A DNA stretch of 64,000 nt from Phoronis australis. Lineage: Eukaryota; Animalia; Phoronida. The number at the start of each line of letters is the position of its first letter. Position 1 is the first letter of the stretch. Shown in pieces: positions 12,613 through 25,753 of this stretch. Where the stretch lies: the NCBI GenBank assembly GCA_002633005.1, contig NMRA01000576.1, positions 118,339 through 182,338 of the forward strand. The letters run 5' to 3'. A program made the position numbers and the translations under genes. The notes under the pieces were generated by a model. That model searched no databases. It was not told the DNA's origin and saw only the letters and a list, made by a program, of their open reading frames with translations.

Positions 12613-15609
12613 ATGTAAATAGAACTCTAGTTTGTTAAATCTTGTATGAGAATCGTTAAATTTGTTACTGTACTACACTATTGTGTAAGTGAAAAGCGAA
12701 AATTTCAAATGCTTGTACCATTGAAATTTATTGCTTTTGGAAAACTTCAGTTTTCAAAAGTTAGTTCCTTGAAAACTTATCTTCTGAAAACTTGGTTTTG
12801 ATGACTTATGTTTGTTAATAATATCTTGTTCCAAAACTTAAGTTTTTCAAAGAGTTAAGCTTATGTAACTTATTTTTTACAAAAACATAAGTATTTTGGA
12901 ACAAGTTTTTGGAACGAACTTAAGTTTTTGAAAAAATAAAACTTACGTTCAACGACTTTGAAAACTTATGTTATGAAAACTTAAGTTCGTTCCAGAAAGC
13001 CTGTTCCAAAGTAATTAAGTTTTCGTGAATGAAAAATTAAGGTTTTCATTCCCTAAACTTAAGTTTTTCGATTAAAACTCAAGTTCAGTTTTGTAAAGGA
13101 CGGTAAGCTGCAAGAACAACGACTACCGCTGAGATATATATGCAAGGGTGACAAACCATTAAGCATTTCTATCGCAGCGGTAGGTGTCCCGGGAAACCAG
13201 AGGTAACACACAAGCAAGCTAGATGCTGTAATTCTATTAGTTTAGTTCCAACAGTGATCTCTTCAAGAAATGGATTCCGCGTTAGCTAATATAGGCAGTT
13301 ACTCACAGATTTGCGCCAGGAGATAGTCTTATGGCATTACCCTGTGGGTGTGATTTTAACCAATATAGGAGAATTTTTGAGGAGGTTAAAGTAGGATGCC
13401 ACCCAAACACAACCGGCTTAATCAATTTAGATCGAGTAGTTCTACTGGATAACGTGAAGTTCGCTTGCGATACCTAAAACATGACGACAGTGGGAGGTGT
13501 CAAAACTATCCAATGACATCAATGATTTCAAACGCAGTCTGTTCAGCAGTCCACAACACTGGTTATTGGCGTCAGCTTATCGCTTGAATTCATCGTTTAA
13601 CACCAATAAATCATGAAACTTAAAGATACAGCGAGTTTTTATAAAAAAACATGATGTTTTGTTTTGCTGTTACGAATTAATTGGCATTTCAACACATCGT
13701 GGCCTACAAAGTTCGGCATGCCAAATTACCAAGGTACGTAGTAGGCTTTTTGTTCTGTTCAGAGGTAAATTCGAAGTATTCTTCCCTAAAATACAAAAAC
13801 GAGAACCTAGCTCTGTGTTGTTTATACTTGCGATTGTTTTAGTGCTAAACACACAAAACGCTTGTTATACCGGCCAAGGGTTCAGAAACTGATAAGCTTG
13901 AGGCCCGTCGAGGCCAGACTGACTCGTTATCCCGGCCAGTGGCTCGGAATCCGATCAGGCCCGTCGCGGCCGCCGGGACAGGGACAGACATCAGCCAGCT
14001 TGAGTTGGAAACTAAACCTGCAGTCACGAAAATACTGTAATTGTGATCCAAAGAAATAATATGCACCTATGTGAATTAACCACGAATCTGAAAATCTATT
14101 TACATGTACTTGTTGGAGGTCGTTAAGTCGGGTTCCCCTTTCTACAGACCGTCAGGGCAAAGGTTGTGCAGTAACAATGATTTGAGTAATAAATTTGTAT
14201 TTCTAAATAAAAATTTCCCTATAGGTGATCACAGCATATAAAATCAGTAACAGTTTTACAACAGCTTTCTGTCAGCAAACACTGAATTAGCTTGCGCTCA
14301 AACTGCCTCGGTGCCCGGTACCTTTCAATGCCGGCATCAAAAGCCTGCAGCATTTGAACGCTGTAGGCTTATACAGTAAATCTGTACAAATTCTATAGAT
14401 TCCTTCAACTTTGTGTTCTTCTCTGACGTCTGTATCATTTTGTTAGGCTCCAAACCGTATCACAAATCATGTTATAGAAGCTTACTGAGTAAAAAGTGAG
14501 AAACTGCAAAGTATGACGAGAACAGAACCCCCTGATTACGACCAAGATAAGGCTTAGTGTTGATTTTTTTCTGGCAGTATGATAGATTGACGCAAGTCTC
14601 GGACTAAGTGAACGTGTAGTCCGTGCGTTAATGGGAAACAGGTCATTTCAAACCCAAGTCAGGTCGTACCCGAATCTAATTTTGAAAATATTTCAAAACT
14701 ATTTAATTTAGCAAAGCACTGATCAAAAATAACCGATCATGCCATAATTTATGCAAAACAACTTGTAGTAAATATCGACTTCAGTCTCCGCTGTGGCTTT
14801 TCTATGTCGTGGTGTCCTTTTTGTACATAACGTTGGTCTGGTGCGACACCTGGCCCCAGGAGAGCCCAGATGTGGTCACCACGTGTCCTTTCACCTGTGA
14901 AGACCACGTGACGAGATTTCTGAACCTTCTGGAATTCGCCGTCTTCCAGTGTGGACGTAATGTGTGTATCCTCTGGTATTACTCTAACACGGTGAATAGG
15001 TCGAACCTGCTTGTCCGTGGCACAGTGTCTGACAATTGTCTGTGGGTTTGTTTAAAAGGTAGCTATGCTTTAAGATTGTGCATAGATGGAAAGTGAATAA
15101 TCAAATTCAGTAATTAATCTATAATATGATAACCCCTAATTAGACAAGTGAAACCTATTGTGAATTACGTAATCAACTACAAAGAGTAACTACGCTGGCG
15201 CCCTCTTTAAAGATTACTTTAATCGATCAACCAAAACAATCAAATACCTTTTCTGCTATCCAAGCTAGGGCTCTCCACCTGTTGGATGTTTGTCCTGTTG
15301 GTGAATGTTCGAACTACACACAGTGTATAGCGACAGCGTACTTGTTGGTCACCGATTCTGGTGATGCAACATTTGCAGGCAATTTTTTCTACCCGCGATT
15401 CTTCTTGCTGGCCACAGACTCTGGCTGGTGACGCAACACTCCATATAGTATCTTATTACCCACAATGCAAGTGACAAGCTCTTAGTTAACTTCCTGTTCG
15501 TTAACATTTGCCCTTGCCAAGATCTTTTCTAGAATCTTCCAGGAGATGACTCTTTTGTAGAATTTTCTCTGTACACTGTACCAAGTCTTAATGTTTAAAC
15601 TACTATGGC

Positions 15610-15895
15610 TCATCTAATTATCTTGTTGATTTAAGCACATGATATAACATTTTACTTATTTAGTGATTGGCAAATAAAAACCACATGATCATATCCACTC
15701 AAATATTTTCTAGAATCTTTAGAGTACTTTGACCCCAGAACCCAAAGTTGTAAACACCACCTAAAATAGAATTTGACGTTAAAATACATGTCAACAAGTC
15801 TGATCCCATGATTTAAAAGTACATATGCACAATTTTCTTGCAACTTAAAATGGATCTATTCTTACTAATTACTTAATCAATATTTATTCTGACCC
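15610..15895 (+). mobile_element. Right half of MITE family also at 48918-49270
   Basis: Direct homology to 49030-49270 (AAAATACATGTCAACAAGT, CAACTTAAAATGGATC). Confidence 0.7.
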
Positions 15896-18269
15896 ATAGA
15901 CAGCCAATTAATGCAACAGACTTAATAAAATACACATAGCAATGGTTGTTTTTGTATGGCAGATTAGTTAATGTTTAATAAAATATATGTGAGACATAGT
16001 CAATTTGATAATTAATGTTTTACCAACAGCAGAAACAGCATAAATCACTATGAATGGTAATGTCATATTTCGCCAACACGTGACACACACAACTTCATAT
16101 TTCTCCTATAATTCTACACATTAATTGAAAATTATAACAAAGATTGTGTTTATTAATTTTAATACGGAATCCTTATGGAAACTTAACTTTTTCTTTTTTA
16201 ATTTTTTTAATTCCGTGTAGAGTTTGATCAATCGGCACAATGTTAACATAAAAGTTCATAAAGTTGTGCAAGTTTAAACGTGGGATCTTATTTGATAGAT
16301 AAAGTAAAATGATTTGTGACATCAAAACACCTGAATTAAATTGCCTGCTTAAAGTGGTCACAGAGGTGGTTTTCTAGGCCTCCTGTGGCCTAACATGGAG
16401 ATGCTTTTCAAAACTAAAACAAAACTTTGACGATTTTCTTCAGAAAGCTAATGTGCATGAAGTTATTTAGACAGGCAATCTTAGGAGACGACTAATGAAG
16501 CTAGTCACTGTTGGAGTTTGTGCCCAACTAAGAGAGGCAAAAGTAAATTGAGGGTAGTGTTCAACAATTCGCTAGATGGCACTAATTAAGACAGCACATT
16601 ATAACATTATTTTGAATCAAACATTTGCCCAAATGCTGTCAACCCTAAATAGACAGCCAACTCATCCAACCCAGTTATTGTGTTTTACTTTTGTATTAAA
16701 AGTGAATTTGATCTGTTATCTTTGCCATAGAAAGTACAATCTCATATAATTTGATCATTGTCATATATTTATCTCATACTGCTTCCTGCACGCTGTCAGA
16801 ATAATCTGTTATTTTCATACATTTTGTGTACACATTCATAAAGATAACCGCATATATTGTTTTGTATAACGTTTTTCTGGTGTATTGTGCAAACGAGCTA
16901 TATTTTACACTATTAGTCAAGTGTTCAGTCATTGAAGCAAACATTTTCCCCAGTCTCAAGTACCGAGTTATTTTTGTTGTCAGACAATGCCAGAATAATC
17001 CCGTAAAACATTCAGACATAGTTCGCATTGAAGCCAATCACTTCACATTTTTTTAATTTCACCGTTTGTAATTAGTGTACAATTGTGAAACATGTAATGT
17101 GAGTCAATTATTGTAACATTGATACGACCATATTACTTGTTTTACAAAAAGATAGTAAAATTGTGTTTTTTTAAATATAAATTCTCTCTGCTGTTTGGTG
17201 ATTATTATGTATTTTCAAACTCAATTCTCTTAAAAATGTGCACCTTTAATTATGGGAACTTATTACATTTTGAAAACACTTTTACAAGAGAGTTAAAAAT
17301 CACAAAAATAAAATTGCCCCTTTAAAGTACTAACGAAACCAATTTTCTACAATCACTGCAAATCCTGACCCACTGGCTAGGAGACGTACACGTAACAGTG
17401 CACTTGCAGTAGGGGGTGGTTAATGTCATGTGCCGTCAGAGTATAAGAGGCTATTGAAATTTTCGGTTCTCGAGCGCGGTTCAAAAATCTAAAGAGTGAC
17501 AATACGTGCACAAGTATCAAGACTCGGAGGTTAATTTTAGGATGAATTACTGTCAGGTGTGGCTTGTTTCGCAGTCTTCGGCCATCTAAACACGACTGCA
17601 AACTCAAGGCTCGTTTGTTCACCGTTACTCACCACCATTAAGTTGTTGATAGGAAAGACTTTTTAGTCATGAAATGGAAGATATAAGTGTGGTGTCGACG
17701 AGCTTAAGGATTACTTTTGTTTGACAAACACGCGAAATAACGGAGTTAGTCGGAAGCCAGCATACTGGTTCTGAATGGTCAATGACTCTTGAGTGTACAG
17801 TAAGTCCTTATTAGTTTCTGTGCGGATAACATTAAATGAATTGGCTTGGTGATAGTTGCCATATTATTTTTTTTATAATTTGCGGCCAAGGGGAACAAGA
17901 CCCCTTGGCGGTAATATTAAATCGAAGACCAATGGAGGTGGAACTAAGAAGAATCAGAAGATGCTGTGTTCAGTCAAACCCGTAGCGCAAACGAAGACGA
18001 CTGCGCACTGTTCGACCAGTCGTATTTTGAAGAATATGCTAGGTATACCTTTAGTATGCTCGACTGCGTAATAATCATATAGAATGAATAACGTGTGATA
18101 GGTGACCAGCACTATATGTATTTTTAGAGCTAACGCAGTACGCAATTTCTGGCCGATATGGTAAAAGTTATTGCAGTTGTTTACAATTAAAGCACTGAGT
18201 ATTGTTTCTTGAAATACGGCACGGTACTTAAAAGTCCTATTCGCGCTGAACGTGTGGAAATAGCAAAAG

Positions 18270-18484
18270 TCCCGATTGTAAAAAAGGCAGGAAAACTCAC
18301 ACATGGCTCACGCCTGGCTCACGGTGCGGTCTCGCTTCGTTCACGCCGAACTTGAGGTAAGTTCCGGGTAGAATCAAGCTTAGGCTCACGCCAGTTGTCA
18401 TGGCTGATTCGGGCACCACAATCATGTCTGTCTCCGGTTAGTGTCACGCGTAGCCAGACCGGAGGCAGCCCGAACGAAATCTAA
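18270..18484 (+). mobile_element. Helitron-like non-autonomous element end with subterminal hairpin, copy 2
   Basis: Stem CTGTCTCCGGT/ACCGGAGGCAG followed by CCGAACGAAATCTAA; homologous to the reverse complement of 6140-6330. Confidence 0.55.
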
Positions 18485-20387
18485 TAATTCAGTCGCTTTA
18501 TTGTATTTTCACTTGGCATATTGTATTACAATGCCTGAAACATTACAGCTCAGAAATCAGTTTAGCATAATATTTTTGGGTCAAAGATAAACTTTACACA
18601 CATTGTTTATGAAATACGAAAAAATGCTCATTAATAAGAAGCCAAATCAGAGCTTTCAGAATATATTGTAACCTGATTTTAATTCAAAAGCCGTGCGGGA
18701 ACGAAGTTGATGTTGGTTGAGTGGGAGCAGTAGTTTTCCGAAATCATCTAATACTTTAGTGTGTTCAAAGCTTTTCGTGATTTCCTGTAACAACAATGCA
18801 CTTAAGGAAACGATTGTACATACCCATGTTGCATGTCCCTGCGCGCCTGGTCTTCAGCTCTTCTACCTGATGCTTAACTGCGAAACATGTCATCTGATCC
18901 TAGGTGTTGAAAGCTGATCATTTGTACTATTGTAGCACCTGGGTTGCATGTTTACTGTCCACTTATCTTGTCAGTGAATCTGTCACGACCGTTACTAAAT
19001 GATATCTAACAAGTTATAACAGCTGCTTTTTTCTATTCCCTAACTCATTCATTATCTGGCAATAATAAGACATTAACCACAAAACCATTTAATTAGTCAC
19101 GTAACACATTTGGTGGTTATTATGAAAAGTTATGTCGACTACCTATTTTCTATATCAATGTATACATGCACTGCATATACATCAAATATTTGAAATAGAA
19201 TATGATTAACAATAAGGCCCAAGTTATAAACAATCACGGTGCGTCAATAAAAGTATTTTTTATGAATGTTGTGCTCCTAAAATATTCCTCAGGTTCAGAC
19301 CCTGGAGTTTGTTGATTTCTACCTGAGCTCACACGAAGAAGGACGTCTAAACTTGACTTTACGTCTTTGGTCATTTTTCAGACCTCTGTCAGATTTCTCC
19401 TCCAGTGTACAGTGGATGTTCTCGGTGTTTTTGGCAACACCAATATATGTCGAGGTTTGTATTGACGTTTCAGGCAAGTTAATCTAGCTCCTGCTACACA
19501 CCTGCCCCCGAGGCAGACAGACTACTTTTCTGCAGGCCACGTTCCACCGCCACATCAACTCATCTAATTTGTAAGGTTCTCAAATGTCTCGCTCTATTCC
19601 TTGTGCATTTTCAAAGAATTTCCAAAGTTGTTTCTCTCGGCGATTTCTAAAAATGTCACGTTTGATGCAATCGACTGGCCGTGCCTGATAAACGGATAAA
19701 TTTGCAAACCTGCACTTTGGATCAGCCATCATTCAACTAATACATTGTATTCTTGAGTTTGGTATTCAAAGACTTGGAAGAATAAATGTAGTATAATTTA
19801 GTAAGAACTGCTTGTTTCCTTCAAATTAATTAAAAACATTTAAGCAAACCAATTCTTTTAATTGTTATGTTACACCCCGACATTTTAGTTCGTAGAAACG
19901 GCGAAAAACTCGTGAGTGGTTACACACGACAAATACACATACGTGTAGTCTGAAAATAGGGAGATTCAGACACCTATTACAAAAGCCTGCATGGAGGGCT
20001 GACAAAGCTTTTTTGTATTAATTTCAAGGGGTGAAGAGTTCTACGTGCCAATATTATTCTTTTCAGTGTTCTCTTGGGGGCAACTTCGCTGTGAAGGTAT
20101 AAATAATTGTTGGTTTTTCACAAGCATGAAACTGTTCCAGTGTTGTCAAGGTAACTATTATTTTAGTGTCGGTGCCATTTGCTTATATTGGTCGTGAACC
20201 TATCATGTGATATCAAAATTGTTCAGAAAAGATTCTATTTGAAGCAGAAACTGGAGCAGAAATTTGGTCAACAAATACTCATTCCAAACCCAGAAATTAT
20301 CTCATTTTGCCCCACTGAAGACTACCCTAGTATTTCCTAAACCGCTAAACTTTTTGGTGTAATACTTCGACTAATTTCTCTCATCCC

Positions 20388-22602
20388 TAATGTGATTTAT
20401 TGGGGACAAATAAAACAACAAGAATAATATATATTTTAAGTTGTATTGGGAATTTCAGGGTCACAGCTCTACAAATAAATATTTCACACAAGGAACCAGA
20501 TGGGTTCCTTAATTACAAGAGATAACACACACATTTCCAATACCCAAAGTAGAGTTGAGTATCGGATGCTAAGTGGCACAGGTAAGCATAGTACCAAATG
20601 GGTGCATAATACCAAATGGCCAAATATCATATAAAGTACCAAGTGGGTACACTAAACAGTAAACTGGGCTATTTACAACCTGCAAAGCAGGGTTCCGGAC
20701 AAGCTGAGTGAGCAGACCAGCCGGAGTGACAAAAAGAGATATTGTAAGGAAAGTAGTGTTGTGGCTCAGTATGTACCGAGAGCTGTGACCGGGGTGGAGA
20801 GGAGCAAGCTGCAGTGATGGATGCTCGAGTACAGGTCGGGTCGCTAGCCAATGTCGTCGGTTCTTGCCAGACGTTATCACGCTCCAGGCCTGAAGAAGCT
20901 ACCAGCAGGGACTGCAAAAACAACAATAACCAACAACAGATTTTGTTCGACAAAAGGGGTAGTGTGGGAAATGTATGAATCGGTTGAGTGGAGATGTCGT
21001 GGTACCCAGGGTAGGGAGGGTGGGAGTAGTATAAAATTGGCTAATTAGGAAAACTTTAGAGTGAACGTACTGTAGCTTGCGGCCGGTCCAGCAGGAAGCT
21101 GGAGAGAAAGAACAAACAACGCTAGCACCTGACTTGGTAGGAACTAACTAGAAGTTGGATATGAAGCATGAAGGGTTGTGTAATGTTATTTGCCCAAGTA
21201 ATAGGATTTATGTCAGAGTGCCATAAATCACATTATTGGGGACAAATAAAACAAAAATAATAATGTATATTTTAAGTTGTATTGGGAATTTCAGGGTCAC
21301 AGCTCTATCAATAAATATTTCACAGAAGGAACCAGATGGGTTCCTTAATTACAAGAGATAACACACACATTTCCGATACCCAAAGTACAGTTGAGTATCG
21401 GATGCTAAGTGGCACAGGTTAGCATAGTACCAAATGGGTACATAACACCAAATGGGTATTGGCCGATTGCCTACCAACTGGGTCGAGCAAAACGGCAAAT
21501 TCAATAACAAGTACCAAGTGAGTACAAACTGCCAAATGGGCAAATATCATGTAAAGTACCAAGTGGGTACACTAAACAGCCAACTGGGCTATAACAACCT
21601 GCAAAGCAGGGTTCCGGACAAGCTGAGTGAGCAGACCAGCCGGAGTGATAAAAAGAGATATTGTAAGGAACGTGGTGTTGTGGCTCAGTATGTGCCGAGA
21701 GCTGTGACCGGGGTGGAGAGGAGCAAGCTGCAGTGATGGATGCTTGAGTACAGGTCGGGTCGCTAGCCAATGTCGTCGGTTCTTGCTAGACGGTATCACG
21801 CTCCAGGCCTGACGAAGCTACCAGCAGGGACTGCAAAAACAAAATAACCAACAGCAGATTTTGTTAGAAAAAAAGGGTAGTGTGGGAAAGGTATGAATCG
21901 GTTGAGTGGAGATGTCGTGGTACCCAGGGTAGGGAGGGTGGGAGAAGTATAAAATTGGCTAATTAGGAAAATTTACGAGTGAACGTACTGTTGCTTGCGG
22001 CTGGGCCAACAGGAAGCTGGAGAGAAAGAACAAACAGCGCTACCATCGGACTTGGTAAGAACTAACTAGGAGTTGGATATGAAGCATGAAGGGTTGTGTA
22101 ATGTTATTTGCCCAAATAATAGGAATTGTGTCAGAGTGCCATAAATCTCATTATTGGGGACAAATAAAACAACAATAATAATGTATATTTTAAGTTGTAT
22201 TGGGAATTTCAGGGTCACAGCTCTATCAATAAATATTTCACAGAAGGAACCAGAAGGGTTCCTTAATTACAAGAGATAACACACACATTTCCGATACCCA
22301 AAGTACAGTTGAGTATCGGATGCTAAGTGGCACAGGTTAGCATAGTACCAAATGGGTACATAATATCAAATGGGTATTGGCCGATTGCCTACCAACTGGG
22401 TCGAGCAAAACGGCAAATTCAATAACAAGTACCAAGTGGGTACAAACTGCCAAATGGGCAAATTTCATATAAAGTACCAAGTGGGTTCACTAAACAGCCA
22501 ACTGGGCTATAACAACCTGCAAAGCAGGGTTCCGGACAAGCTGCGTGAGCAGACCAGCCGGAGTGAAAAAAAGAGATATTGTAAGGAACGTGGTGTTGTG
22601 GC
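20388..22602. repeat. Head-to-tail tandem array of a 918-bp unit (~2.5 copies) with palindromic junctions
   Basis: Units start ~20397, 21233, 22151; junction hairpins 21186-21249 and 22104-22167; copy 1 lacks ~82 bp between CCAAATGG repeats. Confidence 0.93.
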
Positions 22603-22914
22603 AAAGTATTTGCCGCATGGGCAGGGTTGTTTATGGATGAACAATCCTGTCCACCGCCTATTAAACTAACCATGGATCTGAATGCCTGGACCCCCACCTT
22701 GCCGCTTGCAGTCTGTACTGGGGTCGCTGGATCTGTGGAATCATACTTATTAATCAATACCAGTTATGCACGCATGGCGTTAGTGTAGGAGTTAGAATTT
22801 CTGTTTTGGGCCAAGTTACAAAATATACACACGGCAATTTAATTTGAAAAAGAATCTGAAGAGAACATATGGACTTGCCCCTTTAACTCTTCATCTGTCA
22901 ACACAATTTTTCAG

Positions 22915-23027
22915 CATATTTAGATGACGTGGGCAAGTGTTGGAGACCGACATAGAATTGAGCCGCGAAAAAATGTATGAAGGGAAAAGAAATACAAAGT
23001 CATTCTGTCGTTCATTATGTGGAGCAC
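22915..23027 (+). pseudogene. Partial duplicated WSC-domain pseudo-exon
   Basis: Acceptor ttttcag; YLDDVGKCWRPT* then shifted MYEGKRNTKSFCRSLCGA; tandem partial copy of the 5' half of 23092-23375. Confidence 0.75.
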
Positions 23028-23091
23028 GTGAGCAGTCTCGGGACGTTCTGTGTATTTTTCTGTATGTTAATCGGAAACCCAATAGTTTCAG

Positions 23092-23375
23092 CGCATAGAA
23101 ATGACGTAAACAAGTGCTGCAAACTGGAGACTATTGGAGTGGCAAGATGATGTATGAAAGAAAGAAAAATACAAAGCCATTTTGTCGTTCATTATGTGGA
23201 GCACTAGCCATGAGATATTCGGCTGTAATAGGAGGACAGAAATGCAGGTGCGGTGATGATTTCTTTGGAAAGTCAGAAATTTCTGATGGAGAGTGCAGCG
23301 TTGTTTGCCGCGGGAAATACAGAATAATAGTTGAAGGACATGATCACGGTTTCTTAAAGCACTCTGAACGTTCAG
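23092..23375 (+). pseudogene. WSC-domain exon, frameshifted paralogue of 32369-32653
   Basis: tttcag acceptor, GTACGT donor; FCRSLCGALAMRYSAVIGGQKCRCGDD...ECSVVCRG...HSERSG; 284 nt versus 285 nt in paralogue; final CGG motif lost. Confidence 0.8.
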
Positions 23376-23854
23376 GTACGTATACTTTGATACGATTGAA
23401 AGTCGTTTCTATTTTTATATTTAACTTCACGAAGTCCAGGTCGCACGCATTGCGCTATCTGCTCATACATCTTAACACGAGTGATTGCTAATGAGACCAT
23501 AACATTTTAACATCACGTGTACCATGACGTGATAGGAAATTACATGTCTCCCTCGCATTGAACACGTGCGTCAACACTAACTGACATAAAAACAAAAGAT
23601 CTGAGTATTCTCAGAATATTCTACTCAAATAAGTGCATATAATCTACTAAATCAAGGTTGAACAAACCTTTGGAATTAAAACCAATATTGTTCACCAAAC
23701 TGATGTCTAAATGCAGAGTTAAAAAATTGGAACTTAATTGATGAGAAAAGTATGCGCATTCAACGCACTTAGTGACCCCATCGAAGCCACAGCTTTCGAA
23801 GTCATTCTGTAACCTAAGTAATGCAGGTCATGAAGCTAAACTAAGCGATTTCTA

Positions 23855-24237
23855 GTTAAAAGTGGCTCCTCCGAGCCCCGCTGCTTTTAACAGTGCAGTG
23901 GAAATTCCTTGCTGGTCAGCCTTGCCAATAAGTGCGTATGTAATGCCCAAGTTTGGATTTCATGTCGTTCGGGCAAAAACAACGAGTTGTAAATTCAAAC
24001 ACCATGAAGAGTGAAAGAGGTGCCGTTGCCTCTCCGACCCTGATCTTCACTTATTTTTTTAATGTGCTTAGACTTGCTTAAGGGACTTTTAAATCAAACA
24101 TAAACATTAAAGCAGATAAAACGTCAAAGTCAACGGGCTACGGTGAACACTCCTCTGAAGACCCCTTGTGTGAGGAAAACGTTAAGCAGGCACCCAAAGA
24201 CAGCTGGTCCTTTCCAGAAGCTCCTTGACGATGCAGT
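23855..24237 (-). pseudogene. Heavily decayed WSC-domain exon
   Basis: With one indel reads FTLHGV-EFTTRCFCPND (WSC YAGVEYGxECxCGN-like); upstream LSLGACL; downstream TGA/AGC codons at expected Cys positions. Confidence 0.5.
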
Positions 24238-25753
24238 CTGTCAGACCCGTTTTTCATATATTTTTTGTTCCAATTTGCAAATATACGGCGCCTGAGTTGC
24301 AAACGATATAGTATTCAGCAACTGAAAACTGAGAGAAAGTGTCTAAAAATTAACAGTTTTGTTCCAGATTTTGCGTTTAGGGCGTGGTTGCATGTCGAGA
24401 GATAGTTATACTTTTGCAAATGTGTTAGACTGTACTTCAAACTATATTCCTCAAAGTTTGATGATCGAACCGGCTGAAGACGTCTAGTCGACATTGGCCT
24501 AGTTCTTTCCATGGTTGAGGTCGCTGTTGAAGTAGTTCAGGAGGTGAATACGGAAAACTTTATAACATTGCCGTATTTCACTCGACAGATTCAACGCGCG
24601 TGGGATAGTAATACAAATATTCCATCAAAGATTATAGACAACAGATGCGCAACTCGTGATAGCCATGTTTGCACAATAATTCCAAGGAGTACTTGTGAAT
24701 GCAAAGGATATTTTTATAACTTTTGTGGTTTAGAAAAAATATTAATTTTGGTCGAATTCAAAAATGCGCCTCTGCAACGATTTGACTAGTTGAACCTTTG
24801 CATGTTTAAAATTCAACATTCTAAAGCGAACAGTTCTTCTGGGAAGAGTTGAGTGGCCCTTAAAAGGACCGTTGGTTGTAGTGTGCATGAGCCTTAGGTA
24901 TAGCGTGAAATGGTTCTTAAAAGACCCGTTGAATAATTCAACATACATCGCACAATATACCGTGCTCACTCAAGCACTGAAGGTCCTCTTCAGGCATGAC
25001 CGGGTGAAAACAGTCGAGATGACAATGACAGTTATACATGTAACACCTTAAACACATATTACCGTTCACCAACGTTGTAACGAACACTGCCTAGTTCAGT
25101 TCTTTTTCCCTTGTCCACAAATAATTCTGTACTGTAGGGAAAAATGAAAGACAACACAACGAATAAAATTTCGAAAATCATCTCCTAATTCGTACGATAC
25201 CATGTTGCTGTCACCAGACTGATATTTTTCTCCAACGTCCATGTAGAAAATCGACTTTGCAAGTGATGGTAACTTGTTTAAGCTCTCGTCCTTTTTACCC
25301 ATTTTTAATAAAGGGGTGTACTGTTTTTGTCTCATGTTGATAGTGCAAACTTTTTGTTTTACAATGTATTAATCGTTATAAATGCATATATATGAACTGG
25401 CCTCATTGAGATACTCAGCAAATAAATTTACTATAACACATTTTAATGTGTCTGTTACTGCTCTTATATTTTCAAAACTTTTATAGGTTTTAAAAATATC
25501 GGAACAGTAGGAGACTCCCTGAACATCAGGATTGTTTTCGAAAGGTTTGCGCCATTGGTGATCAGATTGGTTTAGTCGCTTGCGGCGGGAAATGATAAAC
25601 CCAGTTATTGTCCGCGTGTGCACCGTACCAATGCTTTGTATCTTATTTTTATTTGTATAATCTGTTGATACAGTAAATTTCCTTATTGGTGCCCATCCTA
25701 ATTTGACACGACTTAAGCTTCTTGGGTTCTACCACATTGGGTCTGCCATAGTT

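Larger units (their letters stand above)
10777..13100 (+). mobile_element. Large non-autonomous DNA transposon with AAAACTTAAGTTTT subterminal arrays (CACTA/EnSpm-like), copy A
   Basis: Colinear inverted homology with 62591-63945; terminal array of palindromic AACTTAAGTT units; carries a nested MITE and a solo LTR. Confidence 0.8.

Noticed and set aside
14598-14700. tRNA gene
   Set aside because: Only a degenerate B-box-like TTCAAACCC; no cloverleaf; at most an old SINE head
20669-20953. Secreted Cys-rich peptide ORF with signal-like N-terminus
   Set aside because: Starts at TTG, lies within the 918-bp repeat, the hydrophobic stretch is a polypyrimidine tract, and the frame is not kept in the next copy
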